Part shown: positions 18,531 to 30,167 of the stretch, piece by piece
Layout of the letters: each line of letters begins with the position of its first letter
Position numbering within the stretch: position 1 is the stretch's first letter
NCBI GenBank assembly: GCA_035250975.1
Contig: DATFEP010000025.1
Location: 1 to 64,000 of the forward strand
From: Nitrososphaeraceae archaeon
GTDB lineage: Archaea; Thermoproteota; Nitrososphaeria; Nitrososphaerales; Nitrososphaeraceae
Direction of reading: 5' to 3'
DNA: 64,000 nt
Made by a program: the position numbers and the translations under genes
Notes under the pieces: generated by a model
The model's input: the letters and a program-made list of their open reading frames with translations, nothing else
The model's database searches: none
What the model was told of the DNA's origin: nothing

Positions 18531-19346
18531 TTATATCTTTTTTTTAAAATCATTAATTGTTTCTTCTATCTTGAAAACGAGATCTCTCAATGCCTCTTTT
18601 CCTTTCTCTGCCGATGCCATAGTGGGATCTCCCCATACACCATCTCCAGTTATTTTTGGAAAGGAACCTGGAGTATTAGTAATACTTGCATAAGCTATTT
18701 TTGATTTCTCGACAATTTTGTTTCCTTTTGCACTTGTATTATTATTATTGCCGTTGCTATTGTGCAATTTACTCGATAGCTGTGATCGTTGAGAAATAAT
18801 ATGATTATTCAAATGTACAAGATCTGGATTTATAGCCATTATAAGTGAAGTCTCTATCTCTCCTGCATGGTCCAATCCTTGCATCAAATGCCAATAATTA
18901 ATGAAATTTATTGATACGTTCTCTGAAATATCCCTATCTTGAGTAAATATGCTAGCATGATTTATTTCATTGAAAACGTCTTGGGATACATAGTGGAGTG
19001 CACCCATATTTCCATGGTGCCCATTCAATATTAGGATGTCTTTTACTCCAAATTTTATCAATGAAATGCAGATCTCCTTCAGTACTCGTGAAAAAGTCTG
19101 ATGCGTCAATGAAACATTGAACATGGGTTCATGTTCAAAAGATATGCCAATAGATAAGACCGGAAGACATATTGCATGAATATTCTCTGAGACATGTTCT
19201 GCAAGGTATTCTGCTATGATGGAATCAGTTGAGACTGGAAGGTGGTCTCCATGCTGTTCAAGCGATCCTACGGGAATGATGGCAAATATTGGATCTTTCT
19301 TAATTTTCTCTAAGTCATGATTTGTCATGATGTCTACTCTAACCAT
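18531..19346 (-). CDS. Creatininase/creatinine amidohydrolase family protein (possibly ArfB-like deformylase)
   Basis: GSLEQHGDHLP, NGHHGN, DHAGEIETS, GVWGDP..ASAEKG. Confidence 0.9.
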   Translation of the reverse strand: MVRVDIMTNHDLEKIKKDPIFAIIPVGSLEQHGDHLPVSTDSIIAEYLAEHVSENIHAICLPVLSIGISFEHEPMFNVSLTHQTFSRVLKEICISLIKFGVKDILILNGHHGNMGALHYVSQDVFNEINHASIFTQDRDISENVSINFINYWHLMQGLDHAGEIETSLIMAINPDLVHLNNHIISQRSQLSSKLHNSNGNNNNTSAKGNKIVEKSKIAYASITNTPGSFPKITGDGVWGDPTMASAEKGKEALRDLVFKIEETINDFKKKI

Positions 19347-19490
19347 TTTGGTAATTGTTATCTGACACTTGTATTATTTAGATTTAGTATATTCTAATCG
19401 AATAATTTTGTTATGTAACTCTGATATCCTATCTGTCATTAAATGCGAGAAATATGATAATTTTTCTTTTTATGTTTTTTGTGATTTTTT

Positions 19491-20558
19491 CTATCTCTTT
19501 CCTTCCTTCTTGATGTGAACTTTTCTCCAATATACTTCCAGTTTCCCTTCTAGGGATAGTTTTAAAGCCTGTAAAAGTACCGAACTTTCTAGTCTTCTAC
19601 CTTTACTTTTAATAGAATCGATATCGTCATTTTCAAGAACTTTAAAAGAATTCTGACAGATTATTGGTCCTTGGTCAAGGTCTTCAGTGACGAAATGTGC
19701 AGTACATCCTACAATTTTTGCCCCTCTTTCATAAGCTTGTGTATATGCAAATGCTCCAGGAAAAGCAGGTAATAGTGAAGGATGAATGTTTATTATTTTG
19801 TTGGGATATCTCCAGACGAAATTTGGAGTCAAAATTCGCATATATCGAGCCAATATCACAAGGTCAATATTGTAATCTTCGAAAATTTGAAGTATTGCTC
19901 TCTCAGCTTCTGTTTGGTCTTTGTGATCTATTACCACAAATGGTATATTGTATTTTTTTCCAATAGATTCTAGAATTCCCAAACTTCCTATTATTATTGG
20001 AATCTTTGCCTTCAGTTCATTTTTTCTATATGATTCTAAAATTTTAAGTAAACAATGATCTTCGTTGCTGACCAATATTGCAATATTTGTAGGTCTATTT
20101 GGTTCTTGATAGTGAACTTTGATCTCCATCTTTAACTCTTTTGCAAGTGCCTGTAAACCAGAATTTAGTTTGTCTTGCATAATATTATTAACAGATGCCT
20201 CCATCTGCATACCAAAAAGACCCTTCACAACGTTCTGATTTATTTTTTCTATATTTGCTCCATTTTTAAAGATAAAATTCGTAATCTCAGCAACTACTCC
20301 TTTTCTATCTTTTCCTACAACCGTGATTTCTATGATTGTTTTTTTGTTACTTTTTTTTCTTTGTAATTTGTGACTAGCTGGACTTGTCTTGTGAACGAAT
20401 ATTGATGATGGTTTTGAATTTTTTTCATTCGAACTGTTAGCAGGAGAATGTATTGGCGAGGCATCACCGTCTGACTTTGATGATGACGACGATGATGTAG
20501 GTGAGATGTGTAAATCTATATCTACATCTTTCTTGACCTTTTTTCTTTGGATATCCAA
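19491..20558 (-). CDS. purU: Formyltetrahydrofolate deformylase
   Basis: ACT domain (GKDRKGVVA), LARYMRIL, INIHPSLLPAFPGA, TAHFVTEDLDQGPII. Confidence 0.92.
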   Translation of the reverse strand: MDIQRKKVKKDVDIDLHISPTSSSSSSKSDGDASPIHSPANSSNEKNSKPSSIFVHKTSPASHKLQRKKSNKKTIIEITVVGKDRKGVVAEITNFIFKNGANIEKINQNVVKGLFGMQMEASVNNIMQDKLNSGLQALAKELKMEIKVHYQEPNRPTNIAILVSNEDHCLLKILESYRKNELKAKIPIIIGSLGILESIGKKYNIPFVVIDHKDQTEAERAILQIFEDYNIDLVILARYMRILTPNFVWRYPNKIINIHPSLLPAFPGAFAYTQAYERGAKIVGCTAHFVTEDLDQGPIICQNSFKVLENDDIDSIKSKGRRLESSVLLQALKLSLEGKLEVYWRKVHIKKEGKR

Positions 20559-20756
20559 ATTTATGAAATTTCAGTACGTCCCTAAATTAAATTCTATCTT
20601 TAGATCTTGAGAGTTTAAAATTTTAAAAGTTCCTGAAATTTTTTGGGTAAAAATAGAAAAGAAAATGATAACAAAGAGATCTATATAAAAGAAAGAATTA
20701 TCATTATTATTTTTCTTGTTTTATGCTGCCATTTTCCTGTATTTTCTTCCTCTTAT

Positions 20757-22190
20757 TTACAAAAAAGTTTCGATGATGCGAGTATATTCTCTTATCTTTG
20801 AATTGAGTAAAGTTTCCGAGGTTGACTCACCATACATTCTAACCAGTGGTTCAGTTCCACTTGGCCTTATCATTATCCATGTTTCTTCATCGATCCATAA
20901 CTTTGCTCCGTCCAATGTATCAATTTTCATGGGATTTCCATGTTCTATACATTTGGTAACTATTTTATCTGCAACTTCCTTTGAGGCACAGTTGAACTTT
21001 GTTTTATATTGTGAAATATTTCTCAAAGAACCTATTAGATCAGAAAATGTTTTGAGATTTATTTTCCTGTTATTTTGTCTACCAATACCAGAGGTATTGA
21101 CCTTAGAATCAAAAGAAATATTGTTTGCTAGCATCTCTAGAATCAATGTAGTTGTCATTGCGCCGTCTCTTACGTGATTCATTTTTCCGTACATGAAACC
21201 TCCATTTTCTTCTAACCCGATTATAGCATTCCTTTTTAACATCTCTCTTGATACCTCTACACTTCCAACCTTTGTGTATATAACTTTGGAACCAAGTTCT
21301 TCAGCTACAAAGGAAACATTCATTGAAGTATTTATTGGACAGATAATTTCTGCTCCTTGGTGCTTACTACTTAAGAGATATTTTACTAATATTGCAGCGG
21401 TTCTGTCACCAGTATGAACGATCCCCTTCTCATCACAGAAGATACTTCTGTCTCCGTCGCCATCATACGCTACTCCCAAGTCCGCATTTGTATCTGTTAC
21501 CATATTCGATAGACTACCTAGATTTTCAACTGTAGGTTCGGGACCTCTTCCTGGAAAATCTCCATCGATATCACTATGAATGGTAGTAACCTCACAACCA
21601 AGGTTTTCCAAAAGATATGGCGCTACGAGAGACTGGACGCCATTTCCTAGGTCAAGGACAACTTTAAATGATCTAGATCGTATTTTTTCAGCATCAACCA
21701 ATGCAAGAACTGCGTCCATATACTCCTTTGTAACGTTATTGTCTATGTAGGTCTTATGTGTACCATTAATCTTTGCAAATTTTTTCGAATAAAAAATTTC
21801 TTCAACCTTTAGTTCATCCTCCCTTGATATTTCTACACCTTCTTTTGAACAGGGCTTAATCCCATTGTACTCTTGAGGATTGTGAGAAGCTGTGATCATT
21901 ATTCCACCGTTACATTTCTTACTCTTTATTGCATATTGAAGACATGGGGTCGGAACCTGTCCTGCAAAGATGACATCCAAACCTCCCGAGTTTAAAGTGG
22001 CCGTAACAACATTTGAAAGGATGTGACCTGAATTTCTTCCATCATATCCAACCATTATTGGTCCCTTGACAAAATAGGTCGATAGTGCATAGGTCAAATC
22101 CATTGCCAGTTCAAATGTCAATTCCTTTCCATATATTCCTCTAACTCCATTTGTTCCAAATAGCCTTTTTCTAGGGACGTCTTGTGTCAA
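20757..22190 (-). CDS. glmM: Phosphohexomutase (phosphoglucosamine mutase / PMM-PGM family)
   Basis: FGTNGVRG, ITASHNP, DGDGDR, RPSGTEP. Confidence 0.85.
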   Translation of the reverse strand: MTQDVPRKRLFGTNGVRGIYGKELTFELAMDLTYALSTYFVKGPIMVGYDGRNSGHILSNVVTATLNSGGLDVIFAGQVPTPCLQYAIKSKKCNGGIMITASHNPQEYNGIKPCSKEGVEISREDELKVEEIFYSKKFAKINGTHKTYIDNNVTKEYMDAVLALVDAEKIRSRSFKVVLDLGNGVQSLVAPYLLENLGCEVTTIHSDIDGDFPGRGPEPTVENLGSLSNMVTDTNADLGVAYDGDGDRSIFCDEKGIVHTGDRTAAILVKYLLSSKHQGAEIICPINTSMNVSFVAEELGSKVIYTKVGSVEVSREMLKRNAIIGLEENGGFMYGKMNHVRDGAMTTTLILEMLANNISFDSKVNTSGIGRQNNRKINLKTFSDLIGSLRNISQYKTKFNCASKEVADKIVTKCIEHGNPMKIDTLDGAKLWIDEETWIMIRPSGTEPLVRMYGESTSETLLNSKIREYTRIIETFL

Positions 22191-22259
22191 TTAAATTCCA
22201 ATATCTAATTAATTTAAGAATAGATAAATTTGGCTGTTTTAAATTGAAATTTAATTGCT

Positions 22260-22418
22260 GCGGGGATTGCCAAGCCTGGCCAACGGCGCAGGTCTATCAA
22301 TCGTCATTCCATGGTTGGTGGTGCGAAGCTTAGAATGAATTGGTCAGCGTATTATCAATGATCATATCCTATAACCCTGTTCCTCAGGGATTCGTGGGTT
22401 CAAATCCCACTCCCCGCA
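22260..22418 (+). tRNA. tRNA-Leu(TAG) with two introns (22293-22327 at 30/31; 39 nt at 37/38 or 38/39, ~22335-22374)
   Basis: GCGGGGA/TCCCCGC-A acceptor stem, long variable arm; removing both introns gives an 85-nt tRNA with CAGGG-CTTAGAA-CCCTG; intron 1 has a full BHB (CGCA/TGCG helix, GG|T and AA|G bulges). Confidence 0.88.
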
Positions 22419-22798
22419 CTTTATTCTTCAATACTGAAATGTTCCATTAATGGATAAACACATAATTGCGAATGACATATATATTTGCAATTTCCATTCC
22501 AAGGCAAATAATAATTTTCATAGATTTCATAAATGGATGTTTGTTTTGTTTTATTCTCTGGATATATAATGAATACCTTGTAATAAAGTACCTCCAAAAT
22601 GGCAACGATTACAACGAACTTAAACCTTTTAAAACACCAGTCCAAATGAGTTCTTTCAGATGAAAAACGCTTGATATACGAAAACCAGAATAGTAAAATT
22701 TACTATAACATTCAAGGAAAAATAGTGATAATAACATTTTACTCTCCCAATCCAATGATTTTTTTTGATGTAAAAAAATCAGAACATGAAAACTCTCA

Positions 22799-23302
22799 TC
22801 AACTATTTAGTTTTATCCTTAAATTTTCTAACTTTATTCCGATATCCTTGATAGTGTTTCCAAAATTACCTAATATCTCTCTTGTATCGATATTCATAGA
22901 TGTCGAGTTCATTCCTGATAATTCGATAAATTCATTACCAATTCCAATTATTTCGTTACTTGAATTTTTCCATGCGTCATTGGCTTTATCTAATTCATTA
23001 ACACCCTCGTCTATCTTGCCCTGAATGAAATACTGAGAGCCTAATGATAAATGCGAGGAAACAGAATCAAAATCGATCCTATTCTTTATTTCGTTACTTA
23101 ACTGGTTAAAATTTTCTTGCAGGTCTAGTCGAACAGATTCCATTCCTCTTATGAAGTCTTGAAGTTTTTCTTTTCCGTCCTTGAGAGTCATAGATTGTGC
23201 ATAAACACCTTCAAAATAAAGGATTAAAGTTGATGATATGAGGGTTAATGCTATCAGAAAAATTGTATATATATTTTTATACACTTTCAAAGAAATCACC
23301 AC
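22799..23302 (-). CDS. Secreted/membrane-anchored helical hypothetical protein
   Basis: N-terminal hydrophobic helix ending VYA-Q; 167 aa. Confidence 0.65.
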   Translation of the reverse strand: MVISLKVYKNIYTIFLIALTLISSTLILYFEGVYAQSMTLKDGKEKLQDFIRGMESVRLDLQENFNQLSNEIKNRIDFDSVSSHLSLGSQYFIQGKIDEGVNELDKANDAWKNSSNEIIGIGNEFIELSGMNSTSMNIDTREILGNFGNTIKDIGIKLENLRIKLNS

Positions 23303-23603
23303 CTATTACTATTTAAGATTATATAATACTACGGCGTTTGAAATCAATTATTGCTTGATTGGTAGGATCAACGTAAATTTTAATGTTCATAAAATGTTGT
23401 CGTATCATATATTTAAATAAATCTGTGCGAGTTAACTTGATCTGGGCTAAAGAGTAGAATTAAACTAACTCTGTCCAAACATCAAATATATTCATTAATA
23501 TCTGTGCTTATTTTCTGAATAATCTTCTTTTATTGGAATCATTTTGTTTTAAGCGGAACTCCGCTAAATTACAATATCTGACCTCAGTAATATTACAATG
23601 TCT

Positions 23604-23801
23604 CTATTTACATTGATTGTTATCTTTGTGTGCTTGATAATGTTGACCACAATAATCTTTACCGCAGTCATAACAATGCCAACCTGATAAAGTATAACAA
23701 ACACTACATCTTCTAACTGGATTGTTATGGTCGTAATCTTTTCTGCCTTTTTTTGGACTCGGCTTTAGTTTAGCGCTATTACCCCCTGATCCACGTTTCA
23801 T
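23604..23801 (-). CDS. Small Cys/His-rich zinc-finger protein (B-box-like)
   Basis: CSVC..HCYDC..YCGQHYQAH. Confidence 0.65.
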   Translation of the reverse strand: MKRGSGGNSAKLKPSPKKGRKDYDHNNPVRRCSVCYTLSGWHCYDCGKDYCGQHYQAHKDNNQCK

Positions 23802-24263
23802 CTAAATCTTCTCCTTACTCAAAATAAATAACCGATTGTAGTTTCAAATAATACACATCCTTGTCTATACATGAGGATATTTCGAGGGTTTTCCATATTC
23901 TGGATACAACTTTATAGTTTGATTCAAATTTCTTTAAATATTAACCAATCTATTATATTAGTTTTAGCTTAAATGATCATATACTACAAAAATATTCTTA
24001 TTTTTATGATGTGCGTTGAAATTTTATTTTAACTATATATCATTTTTTGATAAGTAAATTATTATTTCGAATTAGTTTATAAAATAGGAATTAATGTCTA
24101 GAGGAAAAGAATCTGATTTATAGAAAATGCAATGAATGATTTAAAAAATATCTAATGTTTTGTATCTATAAACGATTCCTCAAAAGAATTCTGACGTGAG
24201 GTAACGTTTTAATATGCTATATTTTGTAGAAAGATGGATGATCCCAAAGGGTGATATTAACTA

Positions 24264-24668
24264 ATGAGTAAACCGTATTATGTTAAATTTCAAGTTCCAA
24301 AGGATTTAGTAACAGCTATTTACGAGGCAGTTAGAGTTTCTAAAGAAAGTGGAAAAGTAAGAAAAGGAACAAATGAAACAACTAAAGCTATTGAACGTGG
24401 AGTAAGCAAATTGGCCGTCATAGCAGAGGATGTCGAACCACCAGAAGTTGTTGCTCATCTTCCAATTATATGTGAAGAAAGAAACACACCTTATGTTTTT
24501 GTGCCGAGTAAACAGCAACTAGGTGAATCTCTTGGCATTTCTGTAGGTTCTGCTGCAGCTACGATAATAGATGCGGGTGATTCTCAACATATTGTTGACG
24601 AAATAATTAACGCTTTAAAGAATCAGAATCCAAAATCAGATAAACAACAACAACAAAAACAACAATAG
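24264..24668 (+). CDS. rpl7ae: 50S ribosomal protein L7Ae
   Basis: [28 protein letters not shown]. Confidence 0.97.
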   Translation: MSKPYYVKFQVPKDLVTAIYEAVRVSKESGKVRKGTNETTKAIERGVSKLAVIAEDVEPPEVVAHLPIICEERNTPYVFVPSKQQLGESLGISVGSAAATIIDAGDSQHIVDEIINALKNQNPKSDKQQQQKQQ

Positions 24669-24692
24669 TTAGTTGTGAGGTGAAAATGATCT

Positions 24693-24908
24693 ATGAGTAA
24701 GACTGTGGATGAAAAGATAGTTCCTGCCGAAGTTATTCAGATTGTTGGTAGGACAGGAATTGCTGGAGAGGTTATTCAGGTCAGAGTAAAGGTATTAGAC
24801 GGAAAAGACAAGGGAAGGATACTCACGAGAAATGTAAAAGGCGCTGTTCGCATGAATGATATTCTTATACTTCGAGAAACAGAACGCGAGGCAAGAAAGA
24901 TCAAGTAA
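24693..24908 (+). CDS. rps28e: 30S ribosomal protein S28e
   Basis: [28 protein letters not shown]. Confidence 0.96.
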   Translation: MSKTVDEKIVPAEVIQIVGRTGIAGEVIQVRVKVLDGKDKGRILTRNVKGAVRMNDILILRETEREARKIK

Positions 24909-24977
24909 TAACAAAAGTGGTGGAACCGTAACGTTATTAAATTATAAACAGCTACAATGTGTTTTAGGTAACTAAAA

Positions 24978-25193
24978 ATGAGTAGAACAGCTGCATCTTT
25001 ACGTAATTGTTTCTTCTGTGGTGAACGTATTCAGTCTGGAACTGGTATTATGCTAGTCAAAAATGATGGCTCCATTCAATGGACCTGTTCAAATAAATGT
25101 AAAAAAAATCTTAGAATCCTAAAAAGAGATCCTAGGAAATTCAAATGGACAAAGAAATACGTAAAAGGCGGGTTAAAAGCCTCTAAAGGATAA
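24978..25193 (+). CDS. rpl24e: 50S ribosomal protein L24e
   Basis: CFFCG..GTG..VKNDG..CSNKC..RDPRKFKWT. Confidence 0.96.
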   Translation: MSRTAASLRNCFFCGERIQSGTGIMLVKNDGSIQWTCSNKCKKNLRILKRDPRKFKWTKKYVKGGLKASKG

Positions 25194-25277
25194 AGCGTAT
25201 AGCTAAATAAATAACTATAATCATTAAAGGAAAAAATAAAGCTTAGTTTCGAAAAAATAATAATAATCAAAATAGAG

Positions 25278-25703
25278 ATGAATTTGATGTCTGAACAAAC
25301 GTTAATTGTTATTAAACCAGATGCGTTTTCCAGAAAATTGACTGGAAAAATCCTGGCACGATTTGAAGATAAGGGTTTTGTTATAAAGCAACTAAAAACT
25401 TTTAATTTTACAAAAGATGTAGCAGAAGCGTTTTATTCTGCACACAAAAATAAACCATTTTTCCGCGACCTTGTCGCTTTTATTTCATCATCTACGGTGG
25501 TATCTTGCATTTTAGAAGGTGAAAACGTTATAAACACTGTTAGACTTATGATCGGTTCTACTAGATCTTTTGATGCCCAACCAGGTACTATTCGTGGCGA
25601 TTATGGTCTGGGAGTAACCGATAATATTATACACGCGTCAGACTCTTATGAAAGCTTCATAAAAGAGTCGCAAGTCATTTTTGATAGTAGTATACCCAAG
25701 TGA
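25278..25703 (+). CDS. ndk: Nucleoside diphosphate kinase
   Basis: IKPDA, PGTIRGDY, NIIHASDS. Confidence 0.96.
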   Translation: MNLMSEQTLIVIKPDAFSRKLTGKILARFEDKGFVIKQLKTFNFTKDVAEAFYSAHKNKPFFRDLVAFISSSTVVSCILEGENVINTVRLMIGSTRSFDAQPGTIRGDYGLGVTDNIIHASDSYESFIKESQVIFDSSIPK

Positions 25704-27553
25704 ATTTAAGGCAGCCCGTTGTTGTAGTTTTGGGTCACGTAGACTCAGGAAAGACCTCATTGCTAGATAAAATTAGAGGAACAGGAGTCCAAGCTAGAGA
25801 GGCAGGGGGAATCACACAACACATCGGTGCGAGTTTTTTTCCAATTGAAACGATAAAAAAAATAACAGGAGTTCTATATGAGAAACTTGCCAAAGCAGAT
25901 GAAAAGATTCCTGGTCTATTGTTTATCGATACTCCTGGACATGAAGTCTTTGCAAATCTTCGAAGTAGAGGAGGTTCTGCTGCAGATATAGCTATTGTCG
26001 TAGCAGATGTGAACAAAGGATTTGAACCTCAAACGCTTGAAAGTATTGAGATTTTAAAGAAAAGAAAAGTTCCGTTCGTTGTAGCGCTAAATAAAATCGA
26101 CATGATCTCAGGCTGGAGAACATTAGGAGTGACAGGAAAAAAAAGTTCAAAAAAAACAATCGCTAGCACCCGTTATAGTAATAAAGATATCAAATTACCA
26201 TTCATTACTGAAGAGATAAAAGATCAAGACGCGAACATTCTTACACAATTAGATGAAAAAATTTACACAGTTGTGGGATCTCTTTCGAGATTAGGATATA
26301 CCTCTGAAGCATTCTGGAGAGTAAAAGAGTTTGATAAGGAACTTGCAATAGTTCCTATAAGTGCTGTTACTGGGGTTGGGATACCAGAACTCTTGACGGT
26401 ATTAGTTGGACTAACCCAGCAATATATGAAAAAAAGATTAGAACGACGATCTGATCAAGTAAGGGGAATAGTTCTTGAAGTCAACGAAGAACCAGGCTTA
26501 GGACAATCTGCCAACATAATTCTGTTGGATGGTACTTTAAGACAGGGTGACATGGTTATGGTTTCTAAACGAGATGAGATTGTAGTAACAAAATTAAAAG
26601 CATTACTTCTTCCAAAACTATTAGATGAAATGAGGGACCCTCGTGATAAATTTAGATCGGTCGACGAAGTTGTATCAGCGGCAGGATTAAAAATTGTCTC
26701 TCCAGACCTTGATGGAGTTCTTGCAGGTACTCCTATATATGTTGTAAATAGTAAAAGCGAGGAGGAAACAATAAGGTCATTAATAGAATCTGAGGTCAAG
26801 GGAACATTCATTAGCAATACAGACTCTAATGGCGTGATTTTAAAATGCGATACACTTGGTTCTCTTGAAGCTATAATTGATATGCTTAAAAAGGAACATA
26901 TTCCAATCCAGACTGCAGATATTGGTAATATTACGAGGAGAGATGTTCTTGCATCCTATGCGGTTAAAGAAAAGGATCGATATCTAGGTGTGATCTTGGG
27001 GTTCAATGTTAAAGTTCTGGAAGATGCGAGTAAGGAGGCTTTTGAAAGAAATGTTACCATTTTTAATGAAAATATAATATATAATCTAATTAGGTCGTAT
27101 GCTGACTGGGTTCAGTACCAGCGAGATCATGCTGATTCAATAATATTTAATGAAATACCACCAATATGTAAATTCCAATTCATGAAAGGATTTGTATTCC
27201 GACGAAACGATCCTGCAGTATTTGGAGCTGAAATTCTCGTTGGGAAATTAAGACAAAAAGTTAACGTTATAAACGAAGATGGTGCAAAAATCGGGACGAT
27301 TCACCAAATCCAAGATAAGGGAAAGAATCTTGAAGAGGCTACAAAGGGAATGCAGGTTGCGGTTTCGATTCGTGGACCTACTATAGGAAGACAGGTAAAC
27401 GAAGGTGAAATATTTTTAACTGATCTTTCAAGTAAACAGGCTAAACTTTTGTCGGAGAGGTTTGAACACAGGTTGAACGAAGAGGAAAAGGATATCTTTG
27501 AAACCATTCTCAGACTCAAAAGAGCAAAAGATCAGGCTTTTGGTTATCTTTAA
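25700..27553 (+). CDS. infB: Translation initiation factor aIF5B (IF-2)
   Basis: LGHVDSGKT, GGITQHIGA, DTPGHE, NKID, DTLGSLEA. Confidence 0.97.
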   Translation: MNLRQPVVVVLGHVDSGKTSLLDKIRGTGVQAREAGGITQHIGASFFPIETIKKITGVLYEKLAKADEKIPGLLFIDTPGHEVFANLRSRGGSAADIAIVVADVNKGFEPQTLESIEILKKRKVPFVVALNKIDMISGWRTLGVTGKKSSKKTIASTRYSNKDIKLPFITEEIKDQDANILTQLDEKIYTVVGSLSRLGYTSEAFWRVKEFDKELAIVPISAVTGVGIPELLTVLVGLTQQYMKKRLERRSDQVRGIVLEVNEEPGLGQSANIILLDGTLRQGDMVMVSKRDEIVVTKLKALLLPKLLDEMRDPRDKFRSVDEVVSAAGLKIVSPDLDGVLAGTPIYVVNSKSEEETIRSLIESEVKGTFISNTDSNGVILKCDTLGSLEAIIDMLKKEHIPIQTADIGNITRRDVLASYAVKEKDRYLGVILGFNVKVLEDASKEAFERNVTIFNENIIYNLIRSYADWVQYQRDHADSIIFNEIPPICKFQFMKGFVFRRNDPAVFGAEILVGKLRQKVNVINEDGAKIGTIHQIQDKGKNLEEATKGMQVAVSIRGPTIGRQVNEGEIFLTDLSSKQAKLLSERFEHRLNEEEKDIFETILRLKRAKDQAFGYL

Positions 27554-27897
27554 TATAATAACTAACCGTACACAATATAATTAACTGATGTAAATGCTAT
27601 GTTTATTTAATGCTGATCTAAATTAAAATGAATTTAATATAATAATTTTTATCATATCAGTATTATTATCAATGTCCAAATAAATATTACATGAAACCAA
27701 GAAAAACATCATTTGAGGAATAGTTGAAGGAACAAAAGATCCAGTAGTTCACTAGAATGTTAAAAAAATTTAAATGTTATTGACAGGACTTCAATTTCAT
27801 TATGTTATACCAGAGAATCAAATACCATTGATATAGTGGTATTTTGTTATGTTTTATTTATACCCAGATGTTAAAGTTAGAAATTATGGGCACTCCA

Positions 27898-28107
27898 TTA
27901 TTTAGACAACCTTCTAAGAATCTCATTATTTATTTCTTCCAGTTTTATTTGTTCACCCTTTCGTCCTGGAGTTTTCATGATTTGTTGTTTAACCCTTCTA
28001 AATTCTTCTTCCAATTTATCTTCATACAAAGAGTGTTTGCTACGTAATTCGTTAATATACAATATTCTAAATTCTTCTTCTTTTATTTCGTCTAAATTTT
28101 CTGACAT
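27898..28107 (-). CDS. Small hypothetical protein
   Basis: 69-aa charged helical ORF, TATA-like sequence upstream. Confidence 0.55.
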   Translation of the reverse strand: MSENLDEIKEEEFRILYINELRSKHSLYEDKLEEEFRRVKQQIMKTPGRKGEQIKLEEINNEILRRLSK

Positions 28108-28708
28108 AATATATATATTATATTTGATACTATATTTAAAGTATCTATTTTTTAGAAATTTATTTATTTTAGCTTGATTAATCTTATAAGATTTACAAAG
28201 GCAGTTATAAATAATTCAATTTTAACTTTTGATCCATTTCTTCTATAACTTTTTTTATTTTTATCCTACTTGCCTATATTATATTTCCCCACTTTATTAT
28301 AATTGAAGTAGTTGTAAAAGTAATTATCTATACAAATCACAGCAGAGTTGTTACAATTTGTCTAGTAATTTGTTATTAATATATCAAATTGGCATCCGGA
28401 TACTATTAATATTATCAAGCCTTTCGACGAATATAATTTTTCTTTATATATAATCTAAATTGATTGTATGAGACATACTTAAATCTGCTGATTTGACCTT
28501 TTGAGTTTACCAGAGCTGTGTTAACTTAAGGGAACCTACTAGCTAAAAATAAAAAATTCGTTTAAAATCGAGTAATAAACAAATTTAAAAATAATATCTT
28601 ATTTATAATTTCAAAGTTATCATAGTCATTCCAAGGATATGATTAAAAATATAAAAAGAAATTGAAATAAATACAGTAATATATATACAATAGGACAAAT
28701 TATATATT

Positions 28709-28912
28709 ATGTCAAGTCTTATCATCGAATCATATCAAAATTCAACTGTAAACACAATTCTGGATGACATCGGTAAAAAATACACCATTGATACTTCAAA
28801 AGATCGACTAAGCAAAGATGCATCTATTCAAGAGATCAAATTTAAGTATAGGACATACTCTGAATGTGTAAAAATGTTGTATAAAAAAGTACAAGATTTG
28901 CAGGAAATTTAG
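28709..28912 (+). CDS. Small hypothetical protein
   Basis: 67-aa ORF, ATG start, upstream TATA-like aatatata. Confidence 0.5.
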   Translation: MSSLIIESYQNSTVNTILDDIGKKYTIDTSKDRLSKDASIQEIKFKYRTYSECVKMLYKKVQDLQEI

Positions 28913-29067
28913 GTTCGTACCTTCATTAGTTCAATGTCACCTGAGGTACAGTTTTGTGAACCGCCAATGTGAGCATGTAAAAGTTCTTTTGCTTTTTCCT
29001 TAGATAGCTTTTCCATAGAAATATGGCCACATTTTTTGCATGTAATAATATAACTCCACTTAATCAA
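28909..29067 (-). CDS. Small zinc-binding protein (likely TTG start at 29067)
   Basis: ITCKKCGH..HAH..C pattern. Confidence 0.5.
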   Translation of the reverse strand: MIKWSYIITCKKCGHISMEKLSKEKAKELLHAHIGGSQNCTSGDIELMKVRT

Positions 29068-30167
29068 ATGTCTAACACTAAGAATGTTTTGTATTATCCT
29101 TATAACTGTTATAGAAATATTTGAATAATAGAGATACATTTTCTCTGAACATATGAAAATGTATCTGCATAATGTTACTTTCATTTTCTCTATTAGCCTT
29201 CTTCAGCTATATTCTCTGACATTCTCTTTATAACACGGTCTGCTAGAAACCGATATCAATAATCCTTTTGACGTTGACATTGTTTGTTATCTGCCAGTCA
29301 ACTTTTGACATTCAATCTCGGATTCCTTGTTCTTGTTTATCGTATTCTCCTGGCTGGAACCTGAGAGTGTTACATTAGATCATTCAAAAAATTGCTGTTT
29401 TTTTATTATTGTACTCATCTGAATTGAGTTTGTATTTTCTGCAAGGTTCAATAATTGTAATATTTATAGTAAGTGATTTAGTCACAATCCCTTTCTTGCC
29501 TCGTGCTGCTTGTACAACCCTCTATAATTGCAGTAACAGTAGTGAAAACAACCTATTTCAGAGTTCTAATTACAAAGGATTCATACCCAGATAACATCAT
29601 GTTGGGATAAATCATTATCTACTCTTAAAATGTTCCTAATAAAATGAATATTAAATAATTCTCTACCTTTCAGGGATTCAAGCAGATAGAAATTATATTT
29701 ATATTGATAGGTAATTTGTTTTTTATAGGAAGTAATACAATACCAATTTTGGATATCTTTCATATACTATTTATTTTCTTATATCGTGAACTTATTCCTT
29801 CACAGTCATTGAATATGGAAAACTAAGAGAAGATATTCTAAACCAGTATGGTTTATAATCTAGAATGGTCATCATATATAGCATTTGAAACGAGACCTTT
29901 ACTTATGAATTCAATCCTCATATTTAATCTAAAAAATTCATTTTTGGAATATTATTTCAATTAAACAAACCAGAAAATATATTGAGAAATATCTTCTTCT
30001 AGCGATCAGGTGTGACTGTTGAAGGCATTTTATCAGAAAACATGGTTAATTGATGCATTTATTTAAATTCAGCTCGTGTATATAATTTCCTATTTTCAGG
30101 TAATGTATCTTGATATAAGTATAATAATGCGGAACGCCTATTATAAGGTATAGGATAGCGAAAAAAA

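Noticed and set aside
23552-23565. Palindrome agcgga-ac-tccgct
   Set aside because: A single 6-bp inverted repeat with no other copy noticed; may be a terminator or operator but is unsupported.
29200-29780. Possible pseudogene or IS remnant (ORFs 29409-29594, 29581-29763)
   Set aside because: No recognisable motif in the frames I read.
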